Positions 58,788-64,000 of a stretch of 64,000 bases of DNA are shown here, in pieces (the stretch's first letter is position 1; each line of letters begins with the position of its first letter). A model generated the notes under the pieces. That model had not been told where the DNA came from and made no database searches. It was given only the letters and a program-made list of their open reading frames with translations. A program made the translations under genes and the position numbers. The DNA comes from Akkermansiaceae bacterium (GTDB lineage Bacteria > Verrucomicrobiota > Verrucomicrobiia > Verrucomicrobiales > Akkermansiaceae): contig JBPOGF010000020.1 in the NCBI GenBank assembly GCA_051251915.1, positions 1 to 64,000 on the forward strand, given 5' to 3'.

Positions 58788-59768
58788 ATGAAGAGAAAGA
58801 TCCACAGCGTCACCAACATCACCGTTGAAGATTTCTACCTGAAATACGGCAACAAATTAAAACTCAAACTGCACAATAAAGACAACCCAGAAAGCTACGA
58901 TCTATCACGTAAAATCACCGAGCCATCCACTCACAGACCAGGCCTAGCTCTCACCGGATACCTAGACTATTTCGCCTATCTAAGAGTCCAGGTATTAGGA
59001 AACTCAGAGATCGCCTACCTAAACTCACTAGATACAGAGACCCTCCGCGCCCGCATTCAGACCATTTGTGAAATCGGCATTCCATGCATCGTCATCACAC
59101 GTGGCTCTGATATATCAGACGAGCTTGCCGCCAGCATCGCTCCATTCCGCATCCCCATTTTCCTCACCACCATGAAAACCATGCGCTTCTCTAACCGGGC
59201 TGCTCTCGGCCTAGAAACGGAATTCGCCCAGACCACCTCAGTTCATGGATGCATGCTTCATTTCAAAGGCTTCGGAGTTCTCATCAAAGGAAAGAGCGGC
59301 TCAGGAAAAAGTGAAACAGCCATCGGACTTGTCGAGCGCGGTGCCGCCCTCATCGCGGATGATCACGTTAATATCCGTAACGTCAGCGGAGAACTCACCG
59401 CCTATTCTAAAGGCTTCTCTAGAGGATTTATCGAAATGCGTGGTATCGGCATCGTCAATGTGACCAATATCTACGGCCTAGGAGCCATGATGCCAGACTC
59501 AAAGCTAGATCTCATCGTAAACCTCCTCCCCCACAGCGATCTCAATGAAGTCGACAGAACTGGCATCGACCGCGAGACCGAAGTCGTCTTAGGAGTAAAA
59601 GTCCCCTACGTAAATATCCCAGTCTCACCAGGTCGAGACACCGTTAGACTCGTAGCAGTAACGATCCTAGAGCTTCAACTTCGTAGACTAGGCTACGATA
59701 TGGCTGATGAATTTAACAACAGACTCAATGAAAAAATCAATAAAGGAAACAATGAAAAACATTCATAA
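58788..59768 (+). CDS. hprK: HPr kinase/phosphorylase
   Basis: RPGLALTG, GKSGSGKSETA, LIADD, IEMRGIGI and PVSPGR motifs; ATG at 58788. Confidence 0.95.
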   Translation: MKRKIHSVTNITVEDFYLKYGNKLKLKLHNKDNPESYDLSRKITEPSTHRPGLALTGYLDYFAYLRVQVLGNSEIAYLNSLDTETLRARIQTICEIGIPCIVITRGSDISDELAASIAPFRIPIFLTTMKTMRFSNRAALGLETEFAQTTSVHGCMLHFKGFGVLIKGKSGSGKSETAIGLVERGAALIADDHVNIRNVSGELTAYSKGFSRGFIEMRGIGIVNVTNIYGLGAMMPDSKLDLIVNLLPHSDLNEVDRTGIDRETEVVLGVKVPYVNIPVSPGRDTVRLVAVTILELQLRRLGYDMADEFNNRLNEKINKGNNEKHS

Positions 59769-59862
59769 ATCACTTTTTTATCCCTGACTGAAAAATTTCC
59801 CTTCCACTCCCTGTTTTCTCCCACTAAGATTTTATACATCAAACGAACATATCAATTACCGC

Positions 59863-60126
59863 ATGCCTAGTAAGGAAATCACAATCACAAACAAGCTTGG
59901 AATCCACGCCCGCCCCGCAGCTCAATTCGTCAAGACCGCCAATAAATTTGACGCCGAGATCACCGTCGAAAAAGATGGGGAGGAAATCGATGGAAAAAGT
60001 ATCATGGGACTAATGATGCTCGCAGCTGGTCACGGTTCCGTGCTCATCATTACTACAGAAGGTCCACAAGAAAAGGAATCACTCGACGCCCTCATCGCTC
60101 TCGTAGAAAGAGACTTTGAGGACTAA
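59863..60126 (+). CDS. ptsH: Phosphocarrier protein HPr
   Basis: GIHARPA and GKSIMGLMML motifs. Confidence 0.95.
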   Translation: MPSKEITITNKLGIHARPAAQFVKTANKFDAEITVEKDGEEIDGKSIMGLMMLAAGHGSVLIITTEGPQEKESLDALIALVERDFED

Positions 60127-60182
60127 CTTATAACTCCTAGTTATATCCTTCCCATATCCCCTTTATAGAAGGGTATCCACTC

Positions 60183-61958
60183 ATGCCACTCCACACATCA
60201 CACGAAGAAAAAATCCTTCAAGGCACCGCGGTATCACCCGGTCTCGCCTTTGGACCCGTGCATGTGATTGCCAGAGGCATGATAGCTCCTGATGTCTACG
60301 AAATCTCTGAAGATCATATCGATTACGAGCTTACACGCTTCCATGAAGCCATCGCCAAGACCAAGATTCAGCTCAGTGGTATTCAGAAAAAAATCGAAGA
60401 CATCTCAGAAGATCATGAGTCACTCATCTTCGAGGCGCACCTCCTCATCCTTGAGGACAAATCCATTCTCAAGAAGGTAGAAGCAGGCATCGCTAGTAGA
60501 CTCCAAAATGCTGAGTTTGTTTATTATGCTGTCATTCAGACATACTGCGAAGCTATTCGTAGGATGAACGATAGCTACCTAGCAGAGCGTGCCACTGACA
60601 TCGATGACGTCGCCCAGCGAGTAATCAGAAATTTCTCATCAGCAGATGAAGAGCACAAATCACTAGATCTCGACCCTGATCATAAGCACATCATCGTCGC
60701 CTATGATCTCACGCCCTCTGACACCGCAACCATGGATCGTCAGAAATCCCTAGGATTTGTCACCGAACAAGGCAGTGTCAACTCTCACACCGCCATCCTC
60801 TCCCGCTCACTCGGCATCCCCGCCATTGTCGGATTAGAAGATGCGGTAATGAACATCAAGTCCCTAACCTTCATTATTCTCGACGGTTACACGGGCCAAA
60901 TCATCCTCAACCCAACGCCAGAAACCATCGAGAGATACCGTGACATTGAGCGCGGTAAACAAGAACGGGAAACCGAACTCGATGATATAAAGGAAAGCCA
61001 AACTCACACCACCGATGACCGCGTCATCACCCTCTCAGCAAATATAGAGTTTGAGCACGAGCTTCCTTACGTTGAGAAAGCTGGCGCCGAAGGCATTGGC
61101 CTGTTCCGCACCGAGTTCTACCTCCTAGGAGTAGGTGAAATCCCAGACGAGAACCGCCAGACTAGAGTTTACACCGAAGTAGCCAAGCACACTCAGCCAC
61201 ACCAAGCCATCATCCGCACACTTGATGCCGGTGGTGATAAATTACCTGCTGAGCCTCTTCCTGAACCAGAACCAAATCCATTTTTAGGTTGGCGTGGTAT
61301 TCGTGTCTCACTTTCACGTATCGGTATGTTCAAAGAACAACTCCGTGCCATCCTCAGAGCCAGTGCCCATGGTAAGCTAGGCGTTATGTTCCCGCTCATT
61401 TCTGGTCTCCAAGAACTCCTTAAAGCAAAAGAGATCTTACAAGAATGCATGGATGAACTTGCCGCAGCAAACGTCCCGTTTGATCCAGAAATGGAAGTCG
61501 GCATGATGATCGAGGTTCCATCAGCCGCACTCATGGCTGAAGAACTCGGTAAACACGTAGACTTCTTCTCCATCGGCACCAATGACCTTATCCAGTACAC
61601 GGTAGCCGTAGATCGAGTAAACAAAAACGTTTCAGCCCTCTACAAGCCAACCAACCCAGCCGTCATCAGACTCATCGACATGACCGCCCAAGCCGCTAGA
61701 AATAACGGCATCTGGACAGGCATCTGCGGAGAAATGGCCAGTGACCTCAACCTCACCCCCCTTCTCGTAGGTCTCGGAATCGACGAACTTTCTGTAGGAA
61801 CTCACCAACTCCCCAGAATCAAAAAGGCAGTCCGCTCACTCCACTATGGCGATTGCCAAGCTCTAGCCAAAGAAGCCTTAACCTGCAGATTCAGCCAAGA
61901 CATCTACGACCTCAGTCAAAATATGGCACTCAGCAGCTACCCATTCTTGATCGAGTAA
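60183..61958 (+). CDS. ptsI: PEP-protein phosphotransferase (enzyme I)
   Basis: SHTAIL, GLFRTEF, NPFLGWRGIR, SIGTNDL and GICGE motifs. Confidence 0.96.
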   Translation: MPLHTSHEEKILQGTAVSPGLAFGPVHVIARGMIAPDVYEISEDHIDYELTRFHEAIAKTKIQLSGIQKKIEDISEDHESLIFEAHLLILEDKSILKKVEAGIASRLQNAEFVYYAVIQTYCEAIRRMNDSYLAERATDIDDVAQRVIRNFSSADEEHKSLDLDPDHKHIIVAYDLTPSDTATMDRQKSLGFVTEQGSVNSHTAILSRSLGIPAIVGLEDAVMNIKSLTFIILDGYTGQIILNPTPETIERYRDIERGKQERETELDDIKESQTHTTDDRVITLSANIEFEHELPYVEKAGAEGIGLFRTEFYLLGVGEIPDENRQTRVYTEVAKHTQPHQAIIRTLDAGGDKLPAEPLPEPEPNPFLGWRGIRVSLSRIGMFKEQLRAILRASAHGKLGVMFPLISGLQELLKAKEILQECMDELAAANVPFDPEMEVGMMIEVPSAALMAEELGKHVDFFSIGTNDLIQYTVAVDRVNKNVSALYKPTNPAVIRLIDMTAQAARNNGIWTGICGEMASDLNLTPLLVGLGIDELSVGTHQLPRIKKAVRSLHYGDCQALAKEALTCRFSQDIYDLSQNMALSSYPFLIE

Positions 61959-62064
61959 CTCTAGCTTGCCCCTCATCACAGCAGTGCTACAAAGTAGTCA
62001 AATAAATAGGACTAATAAGGAGGACTAATCCCGGAGTGATTTTTCTTTCCATCAAGCCATGACG

Positions 62065-62091
62065 AAAAAAGCTGTGCCCTTGAGCACAGCT
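62065..62091 (-). terminator. Probable terminator between convergent genes
   Basis: AAAAAAGCTGTGC-CCTTGA-GCACAGCT. Confidence 0.55.
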
Positions 62092-62220
62092 AAATTTATT
62101 TAAGGACATCAACCTCAAGAAGCTAGAGAAACCCCATACCAACTAAAGGATGAAAATGTATTTTGCATTAACTTTCAAGACTAGTCCTAGTTTAAGAACC
62201 AGTCCTGAAAACAAATTACA

Positions 62221-62952
62221 CTACATCGGCTCTTGGCTAAAATCTTCTAGCACCTGAGCACGATAGCTAATTCTCTGAGTGCTACTCGTTTTTGGGTAAA
62301 GAAAGAGAATTGTGCGCTTTTCATCTCTGTATTTGGCAGAGGTTGAATACACCACTTTGCGAGTTGATTTGATGGATGTGATCATCTCTATCGGAATTAC
62401 TTCCCCATTTTTAAGAGAAGAAGAACTGATGATAGACCTGTTCGCCTGGCACTTGAATATATCACTCTTATCACCTACATAACCAATGATTGGAGTCTGC
62501 CCTAAGTTTACAACTTGGTATGAACCATATTTGAAACGAGTAGGTGAAAACTCAAGGATCTGCCCTTGACCTTTTTTATCCCTAGCACTCCAGTATAAAA
62601 CAACCAAAGGTTCGACGACCTTGGATGATATCGGCAAAGTGAGATATGGCTGATAAATCGGCTCATCCACACCAGTCTCTATCTTCGTGTAGAAGGTGAT
62701 CGGCTGACCATGAGTGAAAGGTAGCTTTTTAGTGTAAGCCATTCTGAATGCTTCTAACTCGGAATACTTGCCTTTCTTGCCTTTGTAATAAAGCTGAGGA
62801 CCCGCCCAATCACTGAATAGGCTAACACGATAACCCGCCTTATTTGCTTCTATTTTCTTATTCTCAGTTGTCAACGGTTTAGCGCTTACAACACCGAACA
62901 TAGCCCAGGTAATGAGCATTATTATGTATATTGATTTTTGCTTTTTCATCAT
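62221..62952 (-). CDS. Secreted hypothetical protein
   Basis: 243-aa ORF with a signal peptide, 18 bp downstream of the co-oriented large gene. Confidence 0.7.
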   Translation of the reverse strand: MMKKQKSIYIIMLITWAMFGVVSAKPLTTENKKIEANKAGYRVSLFSDWAGPQLYYKGKKGKYSELEAFRMAYTKKLPFTHGQPITFYTKIETGVDEPIYQPYLTLPISSKVVEPLVVLYWSARDKKGQGQILEFSPTRFKYGSYQVVNLGQTPIIGYVGDKSDIFKCQANRSIISSSSLKNGEVIPIEMITSIKSTRKVVYSTSAKYRDEKRTILFLYPKTSSTQRISYRAQVLEDFSQEPM

Positions 62953-62970
62953 TTTGTTTTGTTTGTTAGT

Positions 62971-64000
62971 TTAAATTTCGTCGGATTTCATCCACTGGAA
63001 TGAAGTTACTTTGATTCGTCTGCCAAAGTTTTGAGCAGACACACTCAAATCTGGATTAGACTGCCATTGGCGTAAAATAGGCTGGTCAGTTGAATTGCCT
63101 CTTGGGTAGTCAGGATGCGGAATGGTGCTATCTTCATCACTCCCATTGACCCACTCCGGTGTTCGCTGAACGATCATCTCGCACCAGGCTTGAGCCTTAA
63201 TTCTACCAGAGCTATCTTTACTATCGCCGTATGCACGGATTACAAAGGTATCAGATCGAGTCGCTATGATTGGGCCTAATAGGTTGAGAACATCACCTTG
63301 ATCAAGTTGACGTGCCATTCCAGCACTAGAAGTGGCTGCTGAATTCTCCAGTCCATTGCCAGTAGTAGAACCAATACTGAATCCACTATTGATATTTGAT
63401 TTATCGATCGCAGCCTGGATTGCTCCTGCCTCCCCAGTCTCATCAGAAACTAAGCGACGATTAACAAAATCCGATAGCCCCATGAACGGACCACGCTCTC
63501 TTACCTGCTCGACAATGGCCTCAGCGAGTGAATCCAACTCACTATCATCCAATGAACGGAAGCCTGTGTAATCATCATCTTTCCCAGCAGGTGTGCTGAA
63601 TCGACTAATAGGAGAAACATCAGAACCCGCGGTTTCGCTAGTGACCGTAGTTCCGTTCAGATAGGAAATTTCTCTACCACTGAGGGAACCTAGAATTGCT
63701 TTCCATGCTTCCACGCTAGTCGAGTTCACATTAAAAGCGCCACGGATGCCTAGGTAACTCCCTATTTCTTGATAATCCTTAAGTTCATCTTTATCACTAC
63801 TTGAAGCCGGAGCAATGAGTTCCATTCTTGCATTTGAGAGCGCCTTACCGACATCTCCATCTACAATCGCTTGCACAGCCGCGTCATGAGTAGAATACGT
63901 TTGATCCGCAGCATCTCCCCAGTTCATCCCAGAGAAGTAAAATCTGTCCCAGAGTGCCTCGTTAGCGGCCCATGAGGTATCAAACTGATGCTTTACATCA
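62971..64000 (-). CDS. C-terminal part of a large Verrucomicrobia-type (Verru_Chthon cassette protein A-like) protein; 5' end outside the window
   Basis: Frame is open to the window edge. Motifs NEALWDRFYFS, FNVNSTSVEAW, RGPFMGLSDFVNRRL, RSDTFVIRAYG and GRRIKVTSFQW. Confidence 0.75.
   Translation of the reverse strand, partial: DVKHQFDTSWAANEALWDRFYFSGMNWGDAADQTYSTHDAAVQAIVDGDVGKALSNARMELIAPASSSDKDELKDYQEIGSYLGIRGAFNVNSTSVEAWKAILGSLSGREISYLNGTTVTSETAGSDVSPISRFSTPAGKDDDYTGFRSLDDSELDSLAEAIVEQVRERGPFMGLSDFVNRRLVSDETGEAGAIQAAIDKSNINSGFSIGSTTGNGLENSAATSSAGMARQLDQGDVLNLLGPIIATRSDTFVIRAYGDSKDSSGRIKAQAWCEMIVQRTPEWVNGSDEDSTIPHPDYPRGNSTDQPILRQWQSNPDLSVSAQNFGRRIKVTSFQWMKSDEI

Noticed and set aside
58788..61958. 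Sugar-transporting PTS or novel system
   Set aside because: hprK-ptsH-ptsI without an adjacent EII permease is a common regulatory arrangement.

Overview
A 64 kb stretch of bacterial chromosome, most likely Verrucomicrobiota and perhaps a Rubritalea-like marine lineage. This is inferred from a PEP-CTERM protein, a Verru_Chthon-cassette-like gene and the gene order; it is not proven. Most of it is housekeeping: putP, deoC with two aldehyde dehydrogenase genes, a SNF2 helicase, moaC and a mobA-moaD fusion, menD, proBA, tRNA-Arg(CCG), purH, tyrA-aroA-cmk-plsC, fur-sufCBD, ymdB, a SurA-like PPIase, a second proB, ppaC and hprK-ptsH-ptsI. The + strand is strongly C/A-rich and G-poor, which produces many spurious antisense ORFs. 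Accessory highlights: (1) a collapsed type I restriction-modification locus where only stubs of hsdM, an HNH gene and hsdR remain around an intact RloC-like ABC-ATPase; (2) a tandem pair of membrane-associated dynamin-like GTPases preceded by a ~70-bp degenerate repeat array; (3) an integrase-free, AT-rich four-gene cassette bracketed by two synonymously diverged copies of the SNF2 3' end and its terminator; (4) a 1512-aa nuclease-STAND (Avs-like) candidate anti-phage gene after sufD; (5) two ProB paralogues, one lacking the residues tied to proline feedback; (6) a 1.4 kb non-coding region with tandem DnaA boxes. All product calls come from motif recognition by eye; no database searches were run.
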